Source of the DNA: an uncultured Gammaproteobacteria bacterium
GTDB lineage: Bacteria > Pseudomonadota > Gammaproteobacteria > Burkholderiales > Burkholderiaceae_C
Assembly: GCA_963784815.1 (NCBI GenBank)
Contig: CAWATB010000017.1
Location: forward strand, 13,864-77,863
Length of the DNA: 64,000 nt
Reading direction: 5' to 3'
This document shows, one piece after another, positions 10,529 to 20,627 of the stretch. The translations under genes were made by a program, and so were the position numbers. The notes below the pieces were generated by a model. It did not search any database and was not told the origin of the DNA. It saw only the letters and a program-made list of their open reading frames with translations. Position 1 is the stretch's first letter, and every line of letters starts with the position of its first letter.

Positions 10529-11313
10529 CCGCCAGGGGCGCCAGACGCCCCCGCCACCAGTCTCGATGCAGTTTGCGCCCAGTACCCCAGGTTATCGTGA
10601 TCCGTAAGGTCCACCTTCAGCGGTGTCATCGACACATGGCCTTGCGCCGTGGCATGAAAATCCGTGCCCTCGGCATCGTCCTTGGCGGCACCTGCGCCAC
10701 CGATCCAATACATCGCCTCGCCGCGCGGGCTTTCTTGCACGATGACGCGCTCGGCCGCGTGGCGGCGCCCCAGGCGGCACAGCTTGATGGGCTGCATTGC
10801 CTCCAGCGGCATGTTGGGGATGTTCACATTCAGCAGCCACGGAGTTTCAGTAACGAGGTTCTGCTGCCGCATCTGCGCCACGATTTCACGGGCTTTGGCG
10901 GCCGCGGCTTCGATCTCGCCCCAGCCCTTGTCCACTTGCGAAAACGCAATGGCTGGAATCCCGAACAAATACCCTTCCATGGCCGCGCCCACAGTGCCCG
11001 AATAAATGGTGTCGTCGCCCATGTTGGCGCCATTGTTGATGCCAGACACCACCAAATCGGGCCGGTAACCCAGCAACCCGGTCAGCGCGATGTGCACGCA
11101 GTCGGCTGGCGTGCCATTCACATACCGAAAGCCGTTGAAAGCCTTGTGCACATACAGCGGCGAATGCAGGGTCAGCGCATTGGACTTGGCGCTGTTGTTG
11201 TGCTCGGGCGCAACCACCTCCACCTCTACGCCGTCAAGGGTTTTGAGCGCATCGTGCAGGGCCACAATGCCGGGCGCCTGGTAGCCATCGTCGTTGGAAA
11301 TGAGAATCTTCAT
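10525..11313 (-). CDS. surE: 5'/3'-nucleotidase SurE
   Basis: Start reset to ATG at 11313 (MKILISNDDG); GTPADCV, SGINNGANMG, YSGTVGAAMEG. Confidence 0.96.
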   Translation of the reverse strand: MKILISNDDGYQAPGIVALHDALKTLDGVEVEVVAPEHNNSAKSNALTLHSPLYVHKAFNGFRYVNGTPADCVHIALTGLLGYRPDLVVSGINNGANMGDDTIYSGTVGAAMEGYLFGIPAIAFSQVDKGWGEIEAAAAKAREIVAQMRQQNLVTETPWLLNVNIPNMPLEAMQPIKLCRLGRRHAAERVIVQESPRGEAMYWIGGAGAAKDDAEGTDFHATAQGHVSMTPLKVDLTDHDNLGYWAQTASRLVAGASGAPGG

Positions 11314-11477
11314 GGTCGCAATAGTGGGTTGCAACGGATTGTAGGTGGGGCGTCCCCTTGCCCGCCGTGCAGCGGGCACGATCCGTCCCGCCGTCGCTCG
11401 TGGGACAACCGACGCGCCGCAGCCCCACCTATCATGCGGGCGATCATTGACCGACAAGACTGACAGGAGACTCCCCC

Positions 11478-12452
11478 ATGCACGCTTGGCTTTGCACCAA
11501 CCCCACCGGCGTTGAAGCACTCAGCTGGACCGAACTGCCCACGCCCGAGCCCAAGGCCGGTGAGGTACTCATCGAGATCAAGGCGGCCAGCCTGAACTTT
11601 CCCGATCTGCTGATCGTGCAGAACAAGTACCAGATGAAACCGCCGCTGCCTTTTGTGCCAGGCTCGGAGTACGCGGGCGTGGTTGCGGCAGTCGGCGACG
11701 GGGTCACCCACCTCAAGGTCGGCCAAAACGTGGCCTGTTTGTCTGGCACTGGCGGGTTTGGAACCCACACGATTGCGCCAGCAGCCCTGTGCATGCCGCT
11801 GCCCGACGGTTTTTCGCACGTCGATGCCGCCGCCTTCATCATGATCTACGCCACCTCACACCATGCCCTGGTAGACCGCGCCCAACTGAAGGCTGGCGAG
11901 ACGGTGCTGGTGCTGGGCGCTGCCGGCGGGGTGGGCACCTCCGCCATCCAGATCGCCAAGGCCATGGGTGCCCGCGTGATTGCGGCCGCCTCCAGCGACG
12001 AGAAGTGCGCGCTGTGCACCTCCATCGGGGCAGACGCGACCATCAACTACAGCAAAGACAACCTGCGCGAGGCCATCAAGGCCTTGACAGACGGCAAGGG
12101 CCCCGATGTGATCTATGACCCCGTCGGCGGCGACTTTGCAGAGCCCGCCTTCCGCTCCATCGCCTGGCGCGGGCGTTACCTGGTGGTGGGTTTTGCCTCT
12201 GGCCCCATCCCCGCCCTGCCTTTCAACCTGGCATTGCTCAAAGGCGCTTCCATCGTGGGTGTGTTCTGGGGCGACTTTGCCAAGCGCGAACCCAAAGCCA
12301 ACGCGGCCATGATGGGCGAACTGGCGCAGTGGTATGCCCAGGGCAAGATCAAGCCCGTGATCGACCGCACCATGCCCATGGCCGAGCTGCCCGCCGCCTA
12401 CGCCCACATGGGCTCGCGCGGGGTGATGGGCAAGCTGGTGATGGTCAACTGA
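11478..12452 (+). CDS. NADPH:quinone oxidoreductase (zeta-crystallin/MDR family)
   Basis: ASLNFPD, PFVPGSEYAG, GAAGGVG nucleotide-binding motif; RBS AGGAG upstream. Confidence 0.9.
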   Translation: MHAWLCTNPTGVEALSWTELPTPEPKAGEVLIEIKAASLNFPDLLIVQNKYQMKPPLPFVPGSEYAGVVAAVGDGVTHLKVGQNVACLSGTGGFGTHTIAPAALCMPLPDGFSHVDAAAFIMIYATSHHALVDRAQLKAGETVLVLGAAGGVGTSAIQIAKAMGARVIAAASSDEKCALCTSIGADATINYSKDNLREAIKALTDGKGPDVIYDPVGGDFAEPAFRSIAWRGRYLVVGFASGPIPALPFNLALLKGASIVGVFWGDFAKREPKANAAMMGELAQWYAQGKIKPVIDRTMPMAELPAAYAHMGSRGVMGKLVMVN

Positions 12453-12554
12453 CGAGGCTGCTGCAAGAGGGGCGGCGGCCCCTGCTGCCCGTACAAAAAG
12501 CCGCCCGCTGTGTCACACTCGCGCATCTCAGCCCCCTGACACTGGTGCCCTTCC

Positions 12555-14093
12555 ATGGCCGACCGACCACCTTCCGAGTTAGCGCGCGAAACACTTAAGC
12601 AGTTGGCAGCGCGGCGGCTTCCGCCAACACCCGACAACTACCTGGCGCTATACGATGAAATAGCGGGCTCTCGGAGCCCGCAACCTTTTCCCGACGGGCC
12701 ATTGAGCAGCATCCAGCGCGTATTGCCCGGCCAGACACCCGCCCAAAAGCGACTGCTGGGCCAGTTTGAACGGGCCATCATCACCAAGGACTGGACCTCG
12801 CTGCAAAGCGTGATGGTGGGCTACGCCAACCTGGGCCTCAGCGCTGCGGCCGTCTCCAAACCCATTGAAACCGCAGACGCGCCCACCGCACTGGGCGAGC
12901 TGCCCGCCGAGTTCGCCGAAGTCCTTGCCCGCCTGATCGACAACACCCTGCCTGCGCTGGGCGAAGACGACGCTCGGGTGATCGACATGGCGCGGCAGCT
13001 CATCACCTTTCTGCGAGAGCCCACGCTGCCCCCGGTCGCTGCCACGCAGCTCATGCTGAGCAACTTCACCTACCGCGTGTCGTTTGCCACCGAAGACCAG
13101 GCCGCCATCCGCACAATGCTGCTGGAGTTGTTGCACATGGTGTTCGAGAACATCGCCGTGCTCAGCGCCGACGACCGCTGGCTGCAAGGCCAGGCCGAGG
13201 CGCTGATGACAGCGTCCACACCGCCGCTCACCCTGCGGCGCCTGGACGATGTGCAGCGGCGGCTCAAGGACGTGATCTTCAAGCAGACCGAAGCCCGCGC
13301 CCGCACGGTAGAAGCGCAAGAGCAGATGAAGGACATGCTGGCCACGTTCATTGAACGCCTGGCACTGATCACTGCATCCAGCACGTCCTATCAGGGCACC
13401 ATGGAGCGCTGCGCCGACCTCATCGCCAAAGCCAACACGCTTGAAGAAATAGGCCCCCTGCTGCAAGAAGTCATGAGTGCCACCCGCGCCATGGCCCTGG
13501 ACAGCCGCGTCACACACGACGAGCTGCACGACCTGCGCGAACGCACCGAAGCCAAACGCGCCGAAATGGCCCGTCTGCAGGAAGAACTGGACCGCGCCAG
13601 TGCGCAGGCCCGGCACGACCCATTGACGGGCACGCTCAACCGCAAGGGTCTGGACGAGGCCATGGAGCGCGAAATCGCCCGGTCGCGCCGCCTGGGCGCG
13701 CCGCTGTGCCTGGCCTTGCTCGACCTCGACAACTTCAAGGCCCTGAACGACCGGGTGGGACACAGCGGTGGCGACGCCGCGCTGGTGCATCTGGCACAGG
13801 TCACCCGCGAAGTGATGCGACCCCAAGACCTGCTGGCTCGCTACGGCGGCGAAGAGTTTGTGCTGGTGATGCCGGACACCACCGTCGAAAGCGGCGTGGC
13901 CGCCATGACCCGCCTGCAGCGCGAGTTGACCACCCGCTTCTTTTTGCAGGGCACCGAAAAAGTGCTGATCACCTTCAGCGCCGGAGTGGCCCAGTTGCAG
14001 GGCACCGAGAGCAGCACGGATGCCATCATCCGCGCCGACCAGGCGATGTACCTGGCCAAACGGTCTGGCAAAAACCGCGTGATGGCGGCGTGA
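12555..14093 (+). CDS. Cytoplasmic coiled-coil diguanylate cyclase (GGEEF)
   Basis: HDPLTG, DLDNFKALND, RPQD I-site followed by RYGGEEF; no TM segment. Confidence 0.9.
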   Translation: MADRPPSELARETLKQLAARRLPPTPDNYLALYDEIAGSRSPQPFPDGPLSSIQRVLPGQTPAQKRLLGQFERAIITKDWTSLQSVMVGYANLGLSAAAVSKPIETADAPTALGELPAEFAEVLARLIDNTLPALGEDDARVIDMARQLITFLREPTLPPVAATQLMLSNFTYRVSFATEDQAAIRTMLLELLHMVFENIAVLSADDRWLQGQAEALMTASTPPLTLRRLDDVQRRLKDVIFKQTEARARTVEAQEQMKDMLATFIERLALITASSTSYQGTMERCADLIAKANTLEEIGPLLQEVMSATRAMALDSRVTHDELHDLRERTEAKRAEMARLQEELDRASAQARHDPLTGTLNRKGLDEAMEREIARSRRLGAPLCLALLDLDNFKALNDRVGHSGGDAALVHLAQVTREVMRPQDLLARYGGEEFVLVMPDTTVESGVAAMTRLQRELTTRFFLQGTEKVLITFSAGVAQLQGTESSTDAIIRADQAMYLAKRSGKNRVMAA

Positions 14094-14305
14094 CCAGAAG
14101 CCCCCCTGTGTCGCCTGCGGCGCCTTCCCCCGAGGGGGACGCCACCCCTGGCCTGGCGAAGCCAGCTCCACGGTGGCACTGGGCTTGGGGCGCGCCAGTC
14201 TCGACGATCGGTCGGTTGGCGCGGCGCAGCCGCCTGATGTGAGAGATTCCCTAAGGTAGCCTTGCTCGGCCTGCTGCCGACGAACTCCTGAAATTCCGAC
14301 CGCCC

Positions 14306-15895
14306 ATGGACCGCCGCGCCTTTTTGCAATATGCCGCATACGCGGCCACGGCGGCTGCCCTGCCCCGCTGGGCGTGGAGCAACCCGCCGTCGCTGCAAGC
14401 CAACCCGTTCGCACTGGGTGTGGCCAGTGGCGACCCGGCGCCGGACGGCGTGGTGCTGTGGACGCGACTGATGCTCACCGATCCGGCGCAGGTGCAGACG
14501 ACCCACACCGTGCGGTGGGAGAGTGGCGCACGACTGCGCGTTTTGCGCAGATCGTGCAAAAGGGCGAGGCCACCGCGCAGCCCCGCGCTCGGCCACAGCG
14601 TGCATGTGGAACTGCGTGGTCTGGCACCAGGCCGCTGGTACCACTACCGCTTTATGCTGGGCGATGCCGTCAGCGCCACCGGCCGCACCCGCACCGCACC
14701 AGCGCCCGGCGACATGCCCGCCACGCTGCGCCTGGCCTTCGCCTCCTGCCAGCGCTGGGAACACGGCCACTACGCCGCCTGGCGCCACCTGGCGGCCGAC
14801 CAGCCCGACCTGGTGCTGTTCCTGGGCGACTACATCTACGAATACGCCACGCCCAAAAACACCACCGACCTGGCGCGCACCCACAGCCTGCGCCACGCCA
14901 CCACGCTGGCGGACTTTCGGGACCGGTACGCGCTGCACAAAAGCGACCCCGCCCTGCAGGCCGCCCACGCCGCCTGCCCGTGGGCGGTGACCTGGGACGA
15001 CCACGAGGTGCAGAACGACTACGCCGCCAGCGGGCGAACAGGCCGGGGCGACGACGGCAGCTTTCTGACATTGCGCGGCGCTGCCTGGCAAGCGTTTTAC
15101 GAGAACATGCCGCTGCGCGCCGCCAGCCTGAACCGGCCCGCGTCTCACAACACGCGGTGGGATGCCCTGCAGGTCTACCGCCGCCTGCGCTGGGGGCGCC
15201 TGGCGCACATCCACCTGCTGGACAGCCGCCAGTACCGCAGCTGGCAGGCCTGCCGCACACCCCAATCCGCCAGCGCAGGCGCCGTGCGCGCGGCAGACTG
15301 CGCCGACCTGACCAGCCCCGCACGAACGCTGCTCGGCACGGCGCAAGAGCAGTGGCTGAACACTGGCTTGGCCGAAGACGCACACCCCCATGCACGCACC
15401 ACAGACGCCACCCGCTGGAGCGTGCTGGCACAGCAAACCCTGTTTTCGCCGCGGCGCTACCCCTCGGGCATCACATCCACCGACAGCTGGGACGGCTACC
15501 CCGCCGCGCGCACCCGCCTGCTGCAGGCCGTGGCCCAGCACAGCCCGCGCAATACGGTGCTGCTGGGTGGCGACATCCACCAAAACTACGTCTGCCGCGT
15601 GCATGCCGACGCCGAGCGCCCTGAATCGCCCGTGGTGGCCAGCGAGTTCTGCGGCACTTCCATCAGCTCGCGCTCGGGCACCACACAAGACAAGGTAGAC
15701 GCCATTGCCCGCCACAACCCCCATGTGCTGCTGGCCCGGTGCGACCAACGCGGCTATGGCCTGGCCGACATCACACCCGCACGCTGGACCACCACCCTGC
15801 GCGTGCTGGACGACCCGCTGCGCGCAGACAGCGCGGCATCGACCCTCGCACGTTTTGTGGTGGAAGACGGGCGGCCCGGCCCGCTGAGCGCTTGA
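14306..15895 (+). CDS. phoD: Alkaline phosphatase D family protein (Tat-exported)
   Basis: Tat signal DRRAFLQ; FALGVASGDP, FLGDYIYE, WDDHEVQND, DSRQYR, WDGY, GDIH. Locally scrambled at ~14520-14585 by three compensating +1 insertions. Confidence 0.9.
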   Translation: MDRRAFLQYAAYAATAAALPRWAWSNPPSLQANPFALGVASGDPAPDGVVLWTRLMLTDPAQVQTTHTVRWESGARLRVLRRSCKRARPPRSPALGHSVHVELRGLAPGRWYHYRFMLGDAVSATGRTRTAPAPGDMPATLRLAFASCQRWEHGHYAAWRHLAADQPDLVLFLGDYIYEYATPKNTTDLARTHSLRHATTLADFRDRYALHKSDPALQAAHAACPWAVTWDDHEVQNDYAASGRTGRGDDGSFLTLRGAAWQAFYENMPLRAASLNRPASHNTRWDALQVYRRLRWGRLAHIHLLDSRQYRSWQACRTPQSASAGAVRAADCADLTSPARTLLGTAQEQWLNTGLAEDAHPHARTTDATRWSVLAQQTLFSPRRYPSGITSTDSWDGYPAARTRLLQAVAQHSPRNTVLLGGDIHQNYVCRVHADAERPESPVVASEFCGTSISSRSGTTQDKVDAIARHNPHVLLARCDQRGYGLADITPARWTTTLRVLDDPLRADSAASTLARFVVEDGRPGPLSA

Positions 15896-15959
15896 ACACC
15901 AGCGCACGTGAGCGCTTTGGTTCCCGGTTGCGCAGGCAACCCGGCGCACCAGCAGTAAT

Positions 15960-16001
15960 ACTCCCAAATTCATAGCTACTAGCGCTTATTGGATAAGCGC
16001 T
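15960..16001 (-). repeat. Double-palindrome intergenic element (family 1), copy 1
   Basis: Perfect stem CTAGCGCTTAT-TGG-ATAAGCGCTAG at 15979-16003 plus the GCTAT half-site. Confidence 0.85.
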
Positions 16002-16112
16002 AGAGGCCAAAAACACTGATATTTCAGTCGCCTGTAGCGTGATGTAACGCTGCCGCGCCGCGCCGTGAAGGCGCCGTACCATGGCCGCTTCTTGCACAGA
16101 AGGAGACGCCCC

Positions 16113-17970
16113 ATGTCACAAACCCACACGCTTACCCCGCCCGCCAGCCGCAACCTCAGCCGCCCCTTCAGCCGGACCCTGCTGGCCACCGCAACCCTCG
16201 CCACCGTGGTTGCCATTGCGGGCTGCGCCAGCGCTCCATCCCAGTTCGCCTACACCGTGCCAGCCCAGCCCGAAGGCTCGTCGGGCTACACCGAGAAACC
16301 CGGCTGGGCCACCGAAAAATTTGCAGTGGCCGCCGCCAACCCATTGGCCACCGACGCGGGCTACCAGATCCTCAAAGCCGGTGGCTCGGCAGTAGACGCC
16401 GCCATCGCCGTACAAATGGTGCTGACCTTGGTGGAACCGCAATCCAGCGGCATCGGCGGCGGCGCCTTCCTGCTGCACAGCACCGGCAAAACGGTAGAGG
16501 CCTATGACGGCCGCGAAACCGCTCCGGCTGCTGCCGACGAAAAACTCTTTCTGGGTGCCGACGGCAAACCCGTGCAGTTCTACGACGGCGTGGTCGGCGG
16601 CCGCTCGGTCGGCGTGCCCGGCACCGTGCGCATGCTGGAGATGGCGCACAAGCAGCACGGCAAACTGCCCTGGGCCACCTTGTTCCAGCCCGCCATCACC
16701 CTGGCCGAAGGCGGCTTCAAGGTCAGCGCGCGGCTCAACACCCTGGTCAAGGCCGACGCCCATCTGAAAAAAGACCCGGTCGCCGCGGCCTACTTCTACA
16801 AACCCGACGGTGACGCCCGCGACGTCGGCTTCAACCTGCGCAACCCCGAGCTGGCCGCTGTGCTGCGCCGCATCGCCACCGAGGGCAGCAAAGCATTGCA
16901 CGAGGGCGACATCGCCCAGGCCATCGTCGACAAGGTGCAAAAGCACCCCACCAACCCGGGCAAGCTCAGCATGGCCGACCTGGCCGGTTACCAGCCCAAA
17001 AAGCGCGAGGCGCTGTGCCATGACTACCAAGTGGCCAGCAAAGACTTCCGCGTGTGTGGCTTTCCGCCGCCCAGCTCGGGCGCCATCGCCATCGGGCAGA
17101 TCCTGGGCATCCTGAAAAACACCGACGCCGCCGCCAAGCCGCTGCAAGACGGCATCCCATCGGCCGACTGGCTGCACCTGTACACCGAAGCCGCCCGCCT
17201 GGCCTTTGCCGACCGCGCGCTGTACGTGGCCGACCCCGACTTTGTGCAGCCCCCCGGCGGCAGCTGGAGCAGCCTGCTGGCCCCCGCCTACCTGGCCGAG
17301 CGCGCCAAGCTCATCGGCACGCAAAGCATGAAGGTCGCCCAGCCCGGCAACCCCGCCGCCGTGAAAACCAGCTACGCCCCCATGCCCGACCAGCCCGAAT
17401 ACGGCACCAGCCACATCAGCATCGTCGACGCCATCGGCAACGCCGTGGCCATGACCACCACCATCGAAGACGCCTTCGGTGCACGCCAGATGGTCAAAGG
17501 CTTCTCTGCTGAACAACGAGCTGACCGACTTCAGCTTTGCGCCCACCGACGCCCAGGGCCAGCCCATCGCCAACCGCGTGCAACCCGGCAAACGCCCCCG
17601 CTCCTCCATGGCGCCCACGCTGGTGTTCGACAAGGCCACCGGCGAGCTGCTGATGAGCGGCGGCAGCCCCGGCGGCGCGGCCATCATCCACTACACAGCC
17701 AAGACGCTGTACGGCGTCTTCAACTGGGGCCTGATGCCCCAGCAGGCCATCAACCTGCCCAACTTCGGCTCGATGAACGGCCCCACGCTGCTGGAAGAAA
17801 AGCGCTTCCCGCCCGCCACGGTGGAAGCCCTGCGCGCCCGCGGCGCCGAGGTGCGCGAGATGAACATGACGAGCGGGCTGCAAGCCATCACGCTGGGCAA
17901 TGCGCACGGCAAAAAGCTGTGGATGGGGGGGGCGGACCCACGGCGTGAAGGGGTGGTGATGGGGGATTGA
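16113..17970 (+). CDS. ggt: Gamma-glutamyltransferase (one frameshift near 17505)
   Basis: GGSAVDAAIA, EPQSSGIGGG, DGRETAP, catalytic GTSHISIVD; continues in another frame as LLNNELTDF...PGKRPRSSM...GGADPRREG. RBS AGGAG upstream of 16113. Confidence 0.9.
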
Positions 17971-18027
17971 TGCAGGCTTGCTGCTGCTGCTGATGCTCCA
18001 TCCCACCCATTGGCGCGATACCGGAAA

Positions 18028-18107
18028 CCGTTCACGCTGAGCCCTTCGACAGTCTTAGGACAGGTTGCCGAAGCACCTCGCAAGGCCTCGACAAGCTCAG
18101 CCCGAAC
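18028..18107. repeat. REP-like inverted repeat (family 2), degenerate copy
   Basis: CCGTTCACGCTGAGC...CCTCGACAAGCTCAGCCCGAAC, with an internal partial CTTCGAC unit; matches copies at 20507 and 46482. Confidence 0.7.
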
Positions 18108-18618
18108 TAACCGCTCAAGTTCAAAAAGTCCAACTCAAAAAAGATGCTGGCGGACAACCTGGCAGCATTGGTGTGGATGGCTATGCAGACTGACCTTGCC
18201 CCTGTTTTGTGTACTTCTTAACCCGCGAGTCACGCGGCATGTGAAGCCGTATCCATATGATTGCGAGGGGTAGCCGGGTTAATGTCGGTGGATTGAAGGC
18301 CAAACCCCGGAAGCGAAGCTTCTTCTTGCCGATGCCTTTGACTTCTTACTCCTGAGTTTCTGCAAAGAAGGCAGCTGCGTTCGCCAGCAAAAGCGGCTTC
18401 TCAAAAAAAACACGCGGGCAAGCGGAGCGTCTCAGAAGGGCCAAGGTATTAGCATTTACAACCCTCAAACCCGCGTCCAGCCTCACGCTCCAGCCGATTG
18501 GGTGTAAATTCTGTCAGCCGAACTATCCCTCTGAACTCCTCTCAACCCGCACTTCTACCGAGTTTTAAGCAAACTGGCTCAGAAGGTGTAGGATCCCCAG
18601 CGCCATTTCCTGCGCTAT

Positions 18619-19257
18619 ATGACAGTAATTTTCAGGAACCTCAGTGCGTTACTCCTGCTTAGCATGCCGTTATTTGCGGCTGCCGCAGGCTTGTACGGTT
18701 TCGAGTTGGGCACCGCACTCAAACTCCCTGACTGCAAAAAAGACCGCCTAGGCCATTACAAAAGTCGCGAACCTACGCAGTCTCCTTGTTCCCAGCACGA
18801 GGGGAAAGTCGGCTCCGTCGAGCCTCGCTACATTGAGTACAAAATCCGTTTTCCCGAGAACAAGGGGCCTTTGTACGCAAAGGATGGCGCACTTACCGTC
18901 CACATTTACAACGGAGTCATCCAAAAAATCAGCTTCTTTACCGGAGGTAAGCCAGTTTTTGAAAAGGTAAAAGCTGGACTTACCGAGAAGTTTGGGGAGC
19001 CGACCCGTGATTCAAAAGTAGAAGGTACGTTGACAATGCCGGGGCCTCAAAGAGGTCGTAGATCTAACACTTTTAGCACGCGAAATATTCTGCAAACGGC
19101 GTGGGAGGCTGAGACCTACAACCTAGTTCTAACCGAGCTAGACCGCTACACCGACCAAGGCTTGGTCACTTTGTCTTCATCCCAGTCCAAAGAAATTGAC
19201 CAAAAGCGGCTTGATGCACTTTCGGAGAGCATCAGAAACAAAGGGCCTGCTCTTTAG
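18619..19257 (+). CDS. Hypothetical exported protein in an AT-richer islet
   Basis: 212-aa ORF with signal-peptide-like N-terminus (LSALLLLSMPLFAAAA); many A/T-ending codons; no recognised motif. Confidence 0.7.
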   Translation: MTVIFRNLSALLLLSMPLFAAAAGLYGFELGTALKLPDCKKDRLGHYKSREPTQSPCSQHEGKVGSVEPRYIEYKIRFPENKGPLYAKDGALTVHIYNGVIQKISFFTGGKPVFEKVKAGLTEKFGEPTRDSKVEGTLTMPGPQRGRRSNTFSTRNILQTAWEAETYNLVLTELDRYTDQGLVTLSSSQSKEIDQKRLDALSESIRNKGPAL

Positions 19258-19368
19258 CGACCTTTTGCCCTATACAAAGGCTCCCAAATGGGCAATGCCG
19301 CTAAATTAAGCGATGGCACCGCACTCTCGGCGAGACTTAGTTCCGCTTATTTTCCAGCTCTACATAGA

Positions 19369-19536
19369 CGCCATAGCTTTGCCACGCATTTGCTGCAGTC
19401 AGGCACGGACATCCGCACCGTACAAGAGCTGCTGGGCCACAGCGACGTGTCCACCACCATGATCTACACCCATGTTCTGAAAGTGGCAGCGGGTGGCACG
19501 GCCAGCCCGCTGGATTCGATGGCACACAGGAGTTGA
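19369..19536 (+). pseudogene. intI: C-terminal remnant of an integron integrase (IntI-like tyrosine recombinase)
   Basis: [49 protein letters not shown]: box II with catalytic Tyr and the IntI-type ...SPLD tail. Upstream sequence is unrelated. Confidence 0.85.
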
Positions 19537-19586
19537 CACGCTGCGTGGGTCGCTGAGAGCGGAGATTTTTAGTCAAACCAGGCTCT

Positions 19587-19628
19587 ACCGCTTACCCATA
19601 AAGCGCCATCAGCTATCAATAGGTGAGC
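19587..19628 (+). repeat. Family 1 element, copy 2 (degenerate)
   Basis: ACCGCTT-N7-AAGCGCC-N4-GCTAT-N7-TGAGC. Confidence 0.7.
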
Positions 19629-19632
19629 AACA

Positions 19633-20388
19633 TCACCCCAGCCGCCCCAACACCTTCGGCACACTCGCCACCAGCATCGCCACCCCCGACGCCGTCAGCA
19701 TCCCCAATACGATCTGCCGAAACCGCGCCTCGCTGATCCCGTGGTACAGCCTCGCGCCCAGCAGCGACGGCACCAGCATGGCGGGCACGACGATGGCCAG
19801 CAGGGGCAGTGCCTCGCGGGTGACCAGGCCGGTGGCGAGGTAGGTGACAAACGTCACCAGCAGCATCGCCAGGTTGAAGTTCTGGATGATGGCGCGCTGC
19901 ACGTCCTTGTCCATGCCACGCAGCGTGCACCACAGGGTGGGCAGCACGCCGGTGAAGCCGCCCAGGCCGCCCATCACGCCGCCCGCCAGCCCCACCACCG
20001 CATCGGCCACGCGGCCGCCCCGGGTGATGCGGGGGAGTTGTTTGGCAAAAAGCATGGCGGGGCACCACAGCACCAGCAGCGTGCCCAGCACGATCTTGAA
20101 AGCATCCATGTCCAGGCGGGGCAGCACGGCCACGCCGAGGGGGATGCCTGCCAGGCCACCGAGCACAAACGGCAGCAGGCGCACGCGGTCGAAACCCCGG
20201 CGCACGGTGGCGGCGGCCACCAGCTGGCCGGTGAGCGCGCCGCACACGGTCAGCACGGCCGCCAGGCGGGGTTCCAGCGTCCAAGCCCAGAAGGACATGG
20301 CGACCATGCCAAATCCGAAGCCCGAGAGGCCTTGCACAAACCCGGCGACGATGGCGCCCAGGGCAACGATGCAGAAAACTGAATCCAT
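19633..20388 (-). CDS. TauE/SafE (TSUP) family membrane transporter
   Basis: AGFVQGLSGFGFG and GGVMGGLGGFTG repeats; about 8 hydrophobic segments. Confidence 0.85.
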   Translation of the reverse strand: MDSVFCIVALGAIVAGFVQGLSGFGFGMVAMSFWAWTLEPRLAAVLTVCGALTGQLVAAATVRRGFDRVRLLPFVLGGLAGIPLGVAVLPRLDMDAFKIVLGTLLVLWCPAMLFAKQLPRITRGGRVADAVVGLAGGVMGGLGGFTGVLPTLWCTLRGMDKDVQRAIIQNFNLAMLLVTFVTYLATGLVTREALPLLAIVVPAMLVPSLLGARLYHGISEARFRQIVLGMLTASGVAMLVASVPKVLGRLG

Positions 20389-20506
20389 GGTTAACAGGAC
20401 CGCTTTGTCGACACGCGTTGCGGACCAAGACCAAGCGGCTTGCGCAGCGGTTGATCTTCAAAATATGAGTCAAATTGCCTTGTTAGCGACATGCCTCAGA
20501 CCCACC

Positions 20507-20578
20507 CCGTTCGCCCTGAGCCTGTCGAAGGGCTGTTGACGAGCTGCGCCCTGGCTTCGACAGGCTCAGCCCGAACGG
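20507..20578. repeat. REP-like inverted repeat (family 2), intact doublet
   Basis: CCGTTCGCCCTGAGCCTGTCGAAG / CTTCGACAGGCTCAGCCCGAACGG; arms are 22/24 complementary with a 24-nt spacer. Confidence 0.85.
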
Positions 20579-20627
20579 ACGGGGGAGACATGTAAGACAA
20601 GTCGCTATTCAGGTCAAATTGGCCTCT

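Noticed and set aside
12648-15973. Long antisense ORFs (588 aa, 710 aa) and similar ones at 16116-17687, 28376-29887, 41062-42903 and 51391-52842
   Set aside because: Shadow frames of well-supported genes in high-GC DNA; no recognisable motifs.
18218-18282. attC-like 8-bp inverted repeat TTAACCCG...CGGGTTAA near the integrase remnant
   Set aside because: Ends deviate from RYYYAAC/GTTRRRY on both strands, no convincing L boxes, and it does not follow an intact ORF.
18108-18618. Possible decayed gene on the minus strand of the first islet
   Set aside because: Manual translation shows stops and no recognisable family, so no call can be supported.
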